From: Squalus acanthias
Taxonomy: Eukaryota
Direction of reading: 5' to 3'
Assembly (NCBI GenBank): GCA_030390025.1
Contig: CM059433.1
Coordinates: forward strand, 2,232,001 to 2,296,000
DNA: 64,000 nt
Below, one piece after another: positions 12,982-24,271 of the stretch; the stretch's first letter is position 1, and every line of letters begins with the position of its first letter. A model generated the notes under the pieces. It searched no databases, was not told the DNA's origin, and worked only from the letters and a program-made list of their open reading frames with translations. The translations under genes were made by a program, and so were the position numbers.

Positions 12982-15900
12982 ACATAGAAAAATAGGAGCA
13001 GGAGTAGGCCATTCGCCCTTTGAGTCTGCTCCGCCATTCAATATGATCATGGCTGATCCTCTATCTCAATACCATATTCCCCAGCTCTCCTTGATGCCTT
13101 TTGTGTCTAGAAATCTATCTATCTCCTCCTTAAATATATTCAGTGACTTGGCCTCCACAGCCTTCTGTGGTAGAGAATTCCACAGGTTCACCACCCTCTG
13201 AGTGAAGAAATTTCTCCTCATCTCAGTCCTAAATGTCCAACCCCATATCCTGAGACCTAGACCCCCCAACCAGGGGAAACATCCTCCCTGCATCCAGTCT
13301 GTCTAGCCCTGTCAGAATGTTATACGTTTCAATGAGATCCCCTCTCATTCTTCTAAACTCTAGTGAATACAGGCCTAGTCAACCCAATCTTTCCTCATAC
13401 AACAGTCCTGCCATCCCAGGAATCAGTCTGGTGAACCTTCGCTGCACTCCCTCTATGGCAAGTATATCCTTTCTTAGGTAAGGAGACCAAAACTGCACAC
13501 AGTACTCCAGGTGTGGTCTCTCCAAGGTCCTGTATAACTGTAGTAAGACATCCTTGCTCCTGTACTCAAATCCTCTTTCAATGAAGGCCAACATACCATT
13601 TGCCTTCCTAACTGCTTGCTGTACCTGCATGTTTGCTTTCAGTGACTGGTATACAAGGACACCCAGGTTCCTTTCTACATCAACATTTCCCAATCTATCA
13701 CCATTTAAATAATACTCTGCCTTTCTGTTTTTCCTACCAAAGTGGATAACTTCACATTTATCCACGTTATACTGCATCTGCCATGTATTTGCCCACTCAC
13801 TCAACTTGTCTAAATCGCCTTGACGCCTCTTTGCATCCTCCTCACAACTCACAATCTCTCCTAGTTTCGTGTCGTCAGCAAACTTGGAAATATTACATTT
13901 GGTTCCCTCATCCAAATCATTGATATATATTGTGAATTGCTGGGGCCCAAGCACTGATCCCTGCGGTACCCCACTAGTCACCACCTGCCACCCCGAAAAA
14001 GACCCATTTATTCCTACTCTCTGTTTCCTGTCTGTTAACCAATTTTCAATCCATGCCTGTATATTACCCCCAATCCCATGTGCTTTAATTTTGCACACCA
14101 ACCTCTTATGTGGGACTTTATCAAAGGCCTTCTGAAAATCCAAATACACCACATCCGCTGGTTCTCCCTTATCTATTCTACCAGTTACATCCTCAAAAAA
14201 CTCCAGTAGGTTTGTCAAACACGATTTCCCTTTCATAAATCCATGTTGACTTTGTCTAATCCCGTTGATATTTTCTAAGTGACCTGTTATCACATCCTTT
14301 ATAATAGACTAGCATTTTCCTTACTACTGATGTTAGGCTAATGTAGGGGGTGGTGTGGTAGGGGTCAGCCTTACCCCTGACTCAGTGAGTGGTTCATATC
14401 GCTCCCACGCCCCAAGTTCAGACCTTGGACTTATTTAGGGGTTGTGAATAAAGATGCAGTAGACAACAGGTTCCGATGAAAGAATTTTGACTTTTATTAA
14501 AAGAAAAAGGTAACAAACTCAAAACACACTTAACACTTAAACAGGTTGGGGAACACACGGTACAGGCGCGGGAGCATGACAATATACAAAAACTCTTATC
14601 CCTCCCAAAAATCCCACTATCTAGCTAGGTTTCGGTTTCAGGAGATCAGGGATAATGCTCACCAAACAGGGGTTTTAACAGTGAAAAATCCAGCCAGGTA
14701 AGTTGATTGCGATGGTGGTCTGGTCGTCGAGTGTCTTGCTGGAACTTGCTGCTTCTCTCCTCCTCCTGCTCGTGTCGTGTGGCTGGTAGACCCGTCTGTG
14801 TCCTGCTGGAACATGCTGCTTCTGGAACAGAGCCGAGAGAGCTTCCTGGGGGATTGGGCCCTCAATTATACTGTTCCGGACCCCTTTGTCTTTTTTGCGC
14901 CAAAACCCCTTGCTAAAACGGTTTTGTGTTGAAGTGATTTAGGTTTCAGTTGAGGCCTGTTCATTCCATTGTCTTGGTTCTGCTGGCTTGTTCAGTTTTG
15001 CTGGGTTTAACTTGGTGTTAAATTGTCCTGAACTCTCTTCTTACTGAACTGTTGTAACTGCTTGATGGGCCTTCAATTATACTAAATTGAAGTGGCCTTG
15101 TCGGAACCAAATCAAATCCTGGTCATTGTAAGACCTCGTCAACAGTAACGACTTTACTGAGTGTCAAATGGCTTGCGTCCTGTCGATCTGTTGTTTAATC
15201 GGAGTTTGCATTGTCCTCATGTTTTGGGTTTCTTGCTGGGCCTAGCACTCCTATCTTTATGCATCTCTTTAATGGGTTCTGTGATAGGTTTTAATGGTTC
15301 CTGTGTTTTGGGTGGGGCGGCCTTCTCCCAGGGCCTATTGTCCAAATGTTAATGTTTGCTGGGGCTTGAATTCCCAGACAATGCAATACCCAAAACTGCT
15401 ATTTACAGAGGTTGATCCCACGTGCGGTGCAGCCCCCTCTCCCTTACATGTCCAGACGTGTTCTTTTAAAATGCCAAAGCTTGGTTTTGGTCTTAAATTC
15501 CTTATTTTTTATCACTCTGGGGTAGTTCCAAAGTCCTTTTTCCTTAGATTTTTGGGGATCTGCAAATTTTGGAAACTTTACATCTGTAGTTCCCGGTTTT
15601 CTCTCCCTCCTTTTTTAAATAGTGGGGTTACATTTGCCACCCTTCAATCTGCAGGAACTGTTCCATAATCTATAGAATTTTGGAAGATGACAACCAATGC
15701 ATCCACTATTTCCATGACTACCTCTTTTAGTACTCTGGGATACAGATTATCAGGCCCTGGGGATTTATTGGATTTCAGTCCCATTAATTTCTCCAGCACT
15801 ATTTTTTTACTAATACTAATTTCCTTTAATTCCTTCTCACTTGGTTCCCTAGCATTTCTGGGAAGTTATTTGTGTCCTCTTCCATGAAGACAGAACCAAA

Positions 15901-16009
15901 GTATTTGTTTAATTGCTCTGCCATTTCCTTGTTCCCTATTATAAATTCTCCCATTTCTGACTGTAAGGGACCTACATTTGTCTTCACTAATCTTTTTCTT
16001 TTTACATAC
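12982..16009 (-). mobile_element. 5'-truncated CR1 LINE interrupted by a solo LTR
   Basis: ORF 13379-14293 has the RT motifs. Tail at 12982. The element resumes at 15583. Confidence 0.9.
14342..15582 (-). mobile_element. Solo LTR (1241 bp), Gypsy/ERV-type
   Basis: Non-CR1 block bounded by TGTA...TACA inside a CR1. Minus-strand TATAA (14866-14870) and AATAAA (14493-14498). No coding content. Confidence 0.72.
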
Positions 16010-16546
16010 TTTTCTACTTTGAGAACTGTCAAACTTTTATTACCTCTTTATTTATTTTTATCCTATCCAATATCGCTACTGTCTCCTCCTTTACTGCTAC
16101 ACTGGCAGATCCTCTTCTCTAGCGAAGACAGATGCAAAGTACTCATTTACTACCTCAGCCATGACCTCTGCCTCCACAGGAAGATGTGCTTTTTGGTCCC
16201 TAATCGTCCCCACCCTTTCTCTGACTACCCTTTTACTATTTGTGTTTATAAAAGACTTTTGGGTTCCCTTTTATGTTAGCCATTAATCTATTCTCATACT
16301 CTCGCTTTGCTCCTCTTAATCCCTTTTTTAGATCAGTTTACTTTCTATATTCAGCTTGATTCTCTACTGTATTATAAACCTTACAATTGTCATAAGCCTC
16401 CTCTTGATGTCTCATTTTAACCTCTATATCTTTAGTCATCTAAAGATAGAGGTTAAAATGAGACATAAAGAGGTGGCTTATGGAAGCTTTGGATGCCCTT
16501 CCTTTCCCCCTTATGGGAATGTGTCTACCTGAACCATTTTCTCTTT

Positions 16547-19121
16547 GAAACATAGAAGATAGGAGCAGGAGTAGGCCATTTGGCCCCTCGAGCCTGTTCC
16601 GCCATTTAATGAGATCATGGCTAATCATCCAAATTCAGTACCCTGTCCCTGCTTTCTCCCCATATCCCTTGATCCCTTTAGCCTTAAGAAATATATCTAA
16701 CTCCTTCTTGAATATATTTAATGAATTGGCCTCAACTGCCTTCTGTGGTAGAGAATTCCACAGGTTCACCACTCTCTGGGTGAAGAAATGCCTCCTCATC
16801 TCAGTCCTAAATGGCTTACCCCTTATCCTTAGACTGTAACCCCTGGTTCTGGACTCCCTCGCCATCGGGAACATCCTTCCTGCATCTAGTCTGTCTAGTC
16901 CTGTTAGAATTTTATAAGTTTCAATGAGATCACCTCTCATTCTTCTAAACTCAAGCGAATATAAGCCTAATCGACCCAATCTCTCTTCATACGTCATTCT
17001 TGCCATCCCAGGTATCAGTCTGGTGAATCTTCGCTGCACTCCCTCCTTCCTCAGATAAGGCGACCAAAACTGCACACAATACTGAAGGTGTGGTCTCACC
17101 AAGGCCCTGTACAACTGCAGCAAGGCATCCTTGCTCCTGTACTCGAAACCTCTCGCTATGAAGGCCAACATACCATTTGCCTTCTTAACCGCCTGCTGCA
17201 CCTGCATGCTTACCTTCAGCGACTGGTGCACAAGGACACCCAGGTCTTGTTGAACTTCCCCTTTTCCCAATCTATTGCCTTTCAGATAATAATCTGTCTT
17301 CCTGTTTTTGCCTCACATTTGTCCATATTATACTGCATCTGCCATGCATCTGCCCAATCACCCAAACTGTCCAAATCATACTGGAGTTTCTCTGCATCCT
17401 CCTCACAGCACACACGCCCACCCAGCTTTGTGTCATCTGCAAACTTGGAGATATTACATCTAGTTCCCTCGTCTAGATCATTAATATATATTGTGAATAG
17501 CTGGGGTCCTAGCACCGATCCGTGCGGTACCCCACTAGTCACTGCCTGCCACTCGGAAAAATACCCGTTTATTCCAAATCTTTGCTTCCTGTCTGCCAAC
17601 CAGTTCTCTATCCAAGTCAGTACCTTACCCCCAATCCCATGTGCTTTAACTCTGCACGCTAATCTCTTATGCGGGACCTTATTGAAAGCCTTCTGAAAGT
17701 CCAAATACACCACATCCACTGGTTCTCCCTTATCTATTCTACCAGTTGCATCCTCAGAAAATTCCAGTAGATTAGTCAAGCATGATTTACCTTTTGTAAA
17801 TCCATGTTGACTTTGTCCGATCCTATCACTGTTTTCCAAGTGCTCTGCTATTACATCTTTTATAATGGACTCTAGCATTTTCCCCACTACTGATATCAGG
17901 CTTACCAGTCTATAATTCCCTGTTTTCTCTCTACCACCTTTTTTAAATAGTGGGGTTACATTAGCTACCCTCCAATCCATGGGAACTGTTCTGGAGTCTA
18001 TAGAATTTTGGAAGATGACCAGCAATGCATCTACTATTTCTAGGGCCACTTCCTTAAGTACTCTAGGATGTAGATTATCAGGCCCTGGGGATTTATCGGC
18101 CTTCAATTCCATCAATTTCCCTAACATCATTTCCCTACAAATACTGATTTCATTCAATTCCTCCCTCTCATTAGACCCTATGTTCCCCGACATCACTGGG
18201 AGGTTATTTGTGTCCTCCTTTGTGAAGACAGAACCAAAGTATGTATTTAATTGGTCTGCCATTTCTTTGTTCCCCATTATAAATTCCCCTGATTCTGACT
18301 GCAAGTGACCTACGCTTGACTTCACCAATCTTTTTCTCTTCACATATCTATAAAAGCTTTTACAGTCAGTTTTTATGTTCCCTGAAAGCTTACTCTCATA
18401 TTCTATTTTCCCCCTCTTAATTAATCCCTTTGTCCTCCTTTGCTGAAGCCTAAACTGCTCCCAATCCTCAGGTTTGCTGCTTTTTCTGGCCAATTTATAT
18501 GGCCTCTCCTTGGATCTTATGATATCCCTAATTTCCCTTGTTAGCCACGGTTGAGTCACCTTTTTTGTTTTATTTTTATGCCAAACAGGGATGAACAAAT
18601 TCTGTAGTTCATCCATGCGATCTTTAAATGTTTGCCATTGCCTATCCACCATCAACCCTTTAAGTAATGCTCCCCAATCCATCCTAGCCAACTCGCGCCT
18701 CAAACCATCGTAGTTTCCTTTATTTAAATTCAGGACCCGAATCTCTGAGTCAACTACTTCACTCTCCATCTTAATGAAGAATTCTATCATATTATGATCC
18801 CTCCTCCCCATGGGGCCTCACACAACAAGATTGCTAATTAATCCTTTCTCATTACATAATACCCAGTCTAAGATGGCCTGATCTCTAGTTGGTTCCTCGA
18901 CATACTGGTCCAGGAAACCATCCCATATACACTCTAGGAATTCCTCCTCCACAGTATTTTTACTAATCTGGTTAGCCCAATCTATATGTAGATTAAAGTC
19001 ACCCATGATAACTGTGGTGCCCTTATTGCACGCGTCTCTAATTTCCCATTTAATGCCATCCCCAACCTCAGCATTACTGTTTGGGGGTCTGTATACAACT
19101 CCCACTAACGTTTTCTGCCCC
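16547..19121 (-). mobile_element. 5'-truncated CR1 LINE, same subfamily as 1810-4697
   Basis: ORFs 18818-19135, 17282-18811 (509 aa RT) and 16635-17270. Same tail. Confidence 0.93.
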
Positions 19122-21429
19122 TCTCCATTATTCAATTACTGTTTTACCTACCAATTTTTGATTCCAATCCACCTGGGCCAGATCCCTTTTCAACTCACTG
19201 AAGTTAGCCCTCCTCCAGTTAAGTATTTTTACGCTTGATTGCACCTTGTCCTTTTCCATAACTATTCTAAACCTGATGATATTATGATCACTGTTCCCCA
19301 AATGCTCTCCCACTGAAACATGCTCCACTTGCCCCACTTCATTCCCTAGAACTAGACCCATCACTACTTCCTTCCTCATTGGGCTGGAAACACACTGATC
19401 AAGAAAGTTCTCTTGTACACATTTCAGGAATTCCTCCCCCTCTTTTCTCTTTACCCTGTTGCTATCCCAGTCTATATTAGGATAATTTACATCCCCCATT
19501 ATCACTTCTCTATCTTTCCTGAATACATTATACCCAGGAATATTAAGTTATGCTTAGTTTCACCTTCTACATTTTTTTCAGGTCTTCCATTGCATCTCTG
19601 CTCTCCTTTTTAATGTGTTGCTACAATTTCTTATGTCCATCCCAATGTGCCCTGTCTTTCTCCCTGCAGAATTTGTACAGCCATTTTTCCTCTTTCTCTC
19701 ACTCTTAATTTGTTACTTGATCCATTTAGGGTCACACTTGCTTAGTCTAGAATTGTTGGCTTTGGGAATGTATTCTGCATCCTTAGCACTATACCTTTAA
19801 GGGTGTTCCATATGTCGTCTTCTAAGTGTTGTTCAACAACCTTCCCCAATTTATTGTTCTACTGAGCTGATTAACCCTAAGTTGGATGACGTATTTGACA
19901 GCTCATCTGGGAGAGGAAATCTTTCGTGTGGGGCAGTGGAATAGTATTTTCCCTGGGGCCTGGATGTGCTGAGCCAATAAAGGGTTATCGTGAAAAATTG
20001 ATTGAAGTTGGATTAAAACAGTGCTATTTGACTCTACATTGCAGCTATATTGGATTTTTGTGAATCTTCAATTTCTGGATTGTTATGTTGTCTCAGTTCA
20101 TGGAGCTCAGACAGAGCTGTGTTGGCCCCAAATTGGGATTTTAATTTGCTGCTACATATTCTGTTTTCCTATTCAAGTCTACGGGAATGTGCAATTTCAA
20201 GTTTCTTTCATAGAAAGCTGCTATATTGGTAGCCTCAATTTAAACCCGCAGAGTCGGTGAGTTGCAGGATGTCATTGGGGATCATTCTTATTTTGTTTGG
20301 AATTCTGACTGGGTGGTCTTTAGGATTAAGTATATTAAAATTGTTTCCTAAATTTAATTTGGGACAAGAAATTGCCTTTCCTGTCACTGCATCATTCAGT
20401 AGTAGAGCATCGATTGAATTTTAAAGATGCTCGCAAATCCCCTGATATTTTATATTAAATGTACAGAACAGATTTGCAGCTACCGATAGCTGTTTGTTTC
20501 CTATGTTGCAAAAACCCATAGTGAACCAGTGACCAAAGAACGACTGCATTTTATATTGTTCCCAGCTTGCAGGCTGGAAGCTCAGAGGATAGGTTAAGGG
20601 TCATTACACCCGTTCTGTGGCTGCTTCCTGAGCACCTCTGAATCCGGTCCGGATTGGTAACATATGCAGTGCTGACACCAGGAGTAATCCTCATACCTTC
20701 ACTAAACATTACTCACTGAACCTCAAAACCGCAAATGATCAGGTCTTTGGCAGAGAAGTCTTCTCAGCTGGCGTTAAAACTCCATTTCAAGGACCCTTCC
20801 TCCCCTAATTTGTAATACTTTGGCAGGCTGCTACTGTGTGTGGAGAATGTAGAAGGGAAAAGAAAAATAAATTATCCCTGCCTTGGTACGATTGTTTTCA
20901 TTCTTCAAATGGAATCCTTCGCACCACTATTTTATCCATCCTGCCCTGCCAATTGTTAAATCAGTCAGGGCTGGGGGAATCTCAACCAGTTAGCTGCTGC
21001 AGTCTAGTTCAAAATGAATTGATACGGCAGGTACAGATGAAGTTGTGACTACTTGCATGTTGAGTGCACATTCAGAAGGGGGCCATTTTCCCACAGTGTG
21101 TGACGAATGCTTCTATTCAATGAAGGGAGAAGGCTCTACCATCTACCTTTAGTGTTTCTAAACACAATTTCAAAAATAGAAACATTTCTGCCTATTTAAT
21201 CACTTTTTACAAATGATTAATATACAGAGTAGCTTCTGCCAGAAACAAAGCACATTTCTGTTGAGACATAATCTGACGCTGAAATATTCCCAGATCCATT
21301 CAGCGAACATTGAGTTCTCTGGACTGTAAATGCTGATGCTGCTTCCTAGAATAGTATTGTTCTTTGGGACAATTGAAATAAAGACACACTTGGGAGACAT
21401 TCTTCAGAAATGTGGTTAACCGTCCCCCT

Positions 21430-21756
21430 TGCAACCCCCCCGAGATATCTGCGCTCCTCTAATTCTGCCCTCTTGAGCATCCCTGATTATAATCGCTCAA
21501 CCATTGGTGGCCATGCCTTCTGTTGCCTAGGCCCTAAGCTCTGAAATTCCCTCCCTAAACCTCTCCGCCTCTCTACCTCTCTTTCCTCCTTTAAGACGCT
21601 CCTTAAAACCTACCTCTTTGACCAAGCTTTTGGTCACCTGCCCTAATTTATCCTTATGTGGATCGGTGTCAATTTTTTTTTTGTCTTAAAATACTCCTGT
21701 GAAACGCCTTGGGACGTTTTACTACGTTAAAGGCGCTATATAAATACAAGTTGTTG
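21430..21756 (+). mobile_element. L2 3' end fragment
   Basis: CTCCTTAAAACCTACCTCTTTGACCAAGCTTTTGG...AAAGGCGCTATATAAATACAAGTTGTTG tail. Confidence 0.8.
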
Positions 21757-22094
21757 GGTCTCTGGCTTTGAACCCAGAAGTCCCTGATTGCCTGTTGTTC
21801 CAGATTGCTCACCTCATTGGAGTGTTATCCGATCATAAGCCATTCCATTAGGTAGTTGGAAAACTGCAATGAGCAAATTTACCACATTCAGATCACACCT
21901 TTTCTTTGCCAATCGTGGAGCTACATTGATGCCAGCTGTAAAGTAATCTGCAGCTTATAATAACTTGCGAATAGGTTTAACAGGGCAATCAATACCCAGG
22001 GGGAAAGAAAACACGGGCTGATTGTGTTGGCAAGTTGAAGAGGGAACAGATATTATTTCCTGCAAAAGAAGTGATTGAGGGAATAGCAGTGATA

Positions 22095-22722
22095 GTGTGG
22101 GACTGGCCGTGTGGGACTGGCCGTGTGGGATTGGCCATGTGGGACTGGCCATGTGGGCCATGTGGGACTGGCCGTGTGGGACTGGCCGTGTGGGACTGGC
22201 CATGTGGGCCATGTGGGACTGGCCATGTGGGACTGGCCGTGTGGGACTGGCCGTGTGGGACTGGCCATGTGGGCCATGTGGGATTGGCCATGTGGGACTG
22301 GCCGTGTGGGACTGGCCATGTGGGCCATGTGGGATTGGCCATGTGGGACTGGCCGTGTGGGACTGGCCATGTGGGACTGGCCGTGTGGGATTGGCCATGT
22401 GGGACTGGCCATGTGGGCCATGTGGGACTGGCCATGTGGGACTGGCCGTGTGGGACTGGCCGTGTGGGACTGGCCATGTGGGCCATGTGGGATTGGCCAT
22501 GTGGGACTGGCCGTGTGGGACTGGCCGTGTGGGACTGGCCGTGTGGGATTGGCCATGTGGGACTGGCCATGTGGGCCATGTGGGACTGGCCGTGTGGGAC
22601 TGGCCGTGTGGGACTGGCCATGTGGGACTGGCCATGTGGGCCATGTGGGACTGGCCGTGTGGGACTGGCCGTGTGGGACTGGCCATGTGGGACTGGCCGT
22701 GTGGGACTGGCTGTGTGGGCCA
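22095..22722. repeat. Minisatellite of 14-bp GTGGGACTGGCC(G/A)T units mixed with 9-bp GTGGGCCAT units
   Basis: Directly visible. Explains the repetitive ORFs in all six frames. Confidence 0.97.
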
Positions 22723-22769
22723 CTGCTGGCTTTTCCAGTTCGATACATTCATATACTCCTAAAGGGGAG

Positions 22770-23360
22770 AAAATTATTTTAACTCAAAATTATTTGAGAT
22801 GAGGGTTGTGAATCTTTGGAATTCTCTACCCCAAAGGGCTGTGGATGCTCAGTCGTTGAGTATATTTGAGGCTGAGATCGATAGATTTTTGGACTCTAAG
22901 AGAATCAAAGGATATGGAGATCGGGGGTGAAAGTGAAGTTGAGGTCGGTGATCAGCCATGATCATATTGAATGGCGGAGCAGGCTCGAGGGGCCGTGTGG
23001 CGGAGCAGGCTCGAGGGGCCGTATGGCGGAGCAGGCTCGAAGGGACCATATGGCGGAGCAGGCTCGAGGGGCCGTATGGCGGAGCAGGCTCGAAGGGACC
23101 GTATGGCGGAGCAGGCTCGAGGGGCCGTATGGCGGAGCAGGCTCGAGGGGCCGTGTGGCGGAGCAGGCTCGAGGGGCCGTATGGCGGAGCAGGCTCGAAG
23201 GGACCGTATGGCGGAGCAGGCTCGAGGGACCATATGGCGGAGCAGGCTCGAGGGGCCGTATGGCGGAGCAGGCTCGAAGGGACCGTATGGCGGAGCAGGT
23301 TCGAGGGGCCGTATGGCCGACTCCTGCTCCTATTTCTTATGTTCTTTCTTATGTTCTAAT
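22770..23360 (+). mobile_element. CR1 3' fragment with a 26-27 bp tandem expansion (22972-23316) in its 3' UTR
   Basis: RVVNLWNSLP remnant, about 13 copies of TGGCGGAGCAGGCTCGAGGGGCCGTA, then CTCCTGCTCCTATTTCTTATGTT. Confidence 0.9.
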
Positions 23361-24271
23361 GTTTTATTCTGTTATGTATTTTCATTATGTTCATTGGTTG
23401 CAGCTGTTGCTACATAAACTAGGGAACTGATGTGGCATGTTTAATCAAAATGCCATCTCAAGCAAGCCACTTCTTTTCCCACTTTCAGGCCCTCTCATAC
23501 AATTCATAAGCCAGTTTAAAAAAAAACTATTGGGTTCTTTTGCAATGTCAGAAATGGGAACAAAAACTAATTGTGAGGAGGACCACACCCCTATGTTGAT
23601 TCACCAAAATGCCATTCTACCAAATATTATGAATGAGTGACTGAGTTTTATAATGTATCATAAGGTACCAAACTGTAAGTCTGATTTTTTATTAACACAA
23701 GTTTACATAGTCTCAAATATATTATTTCTCTCCCCAAATATTATCATGCTGATCTGTGTACTACTTTGAATCAGAGCCACTATTTAACCCCTTCTCTATT
23801 ACACACTAATTAGATGCGGGAAGTACTGGGTCCACTTTACAAACATATAGCAAATGGGAATTAATAATCACTCCATTTCATATTAGTTTATTTAAACAAA
23901 CTGCCATTGCAGAACAGGTCAATCTTTGATAAACAATTAGGTTTTCATTGTACGGACACAAATAATGATAATCTAAGTAGTCCCTAGATGGTTCCTGGCT
24001 GAGGTTGGTCAGCCACTGCTGTCCCTCCGAAACATAAGAACATAAGAACATAAGAAATAGGAGCAGGAGTAGGCCAATCGGCCCATCGAGCCTGCTCCGC
24101 CATTCAATAAGATCATGGCTGATCTGATCCTAACCGCCAATCTACTATCTATCACAGAAACATCTCCTGCATCTAACAGAATTGCACACACGAAATAGGA
24201 GCAGAATCAGGCTACACAGTCCCTGGGCCCGCTCCACTACCCACAGGGCCATGACCGATCCGAACCTAGAC

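Larger units (their letters stand above)
12283..19520 (-). mobile_element. Second CR1 subfamily copy in three pieces (12283-12981, ~16010-16546, 19122-19520)
   Basis: VPQGSVLG and KSCLTNL remnants plus APE ORF 19128-19505 (MGDVNYP, SDHN). Pieces join collinearly across the insertions. Resembles the copy at 51118-53005. Confidence 0.8.
11550..19870 (-). mobile_element. Old, highly degenerate CR1 (pieces ~11550-12270 and ~19540-19870) hosting a nested stack
   Basis: Decayed RT remnants ([11 protein letters not shown], QHGF...CLTNLLD). Apparently collinear continuation beyond 19540. Confidence 0.6.

Noticed and set aside
21955..22802. Six overlapping 220-265 aa ORFs
   Set aside because: Translation of a stop-free 14/9-bp minisatellite.
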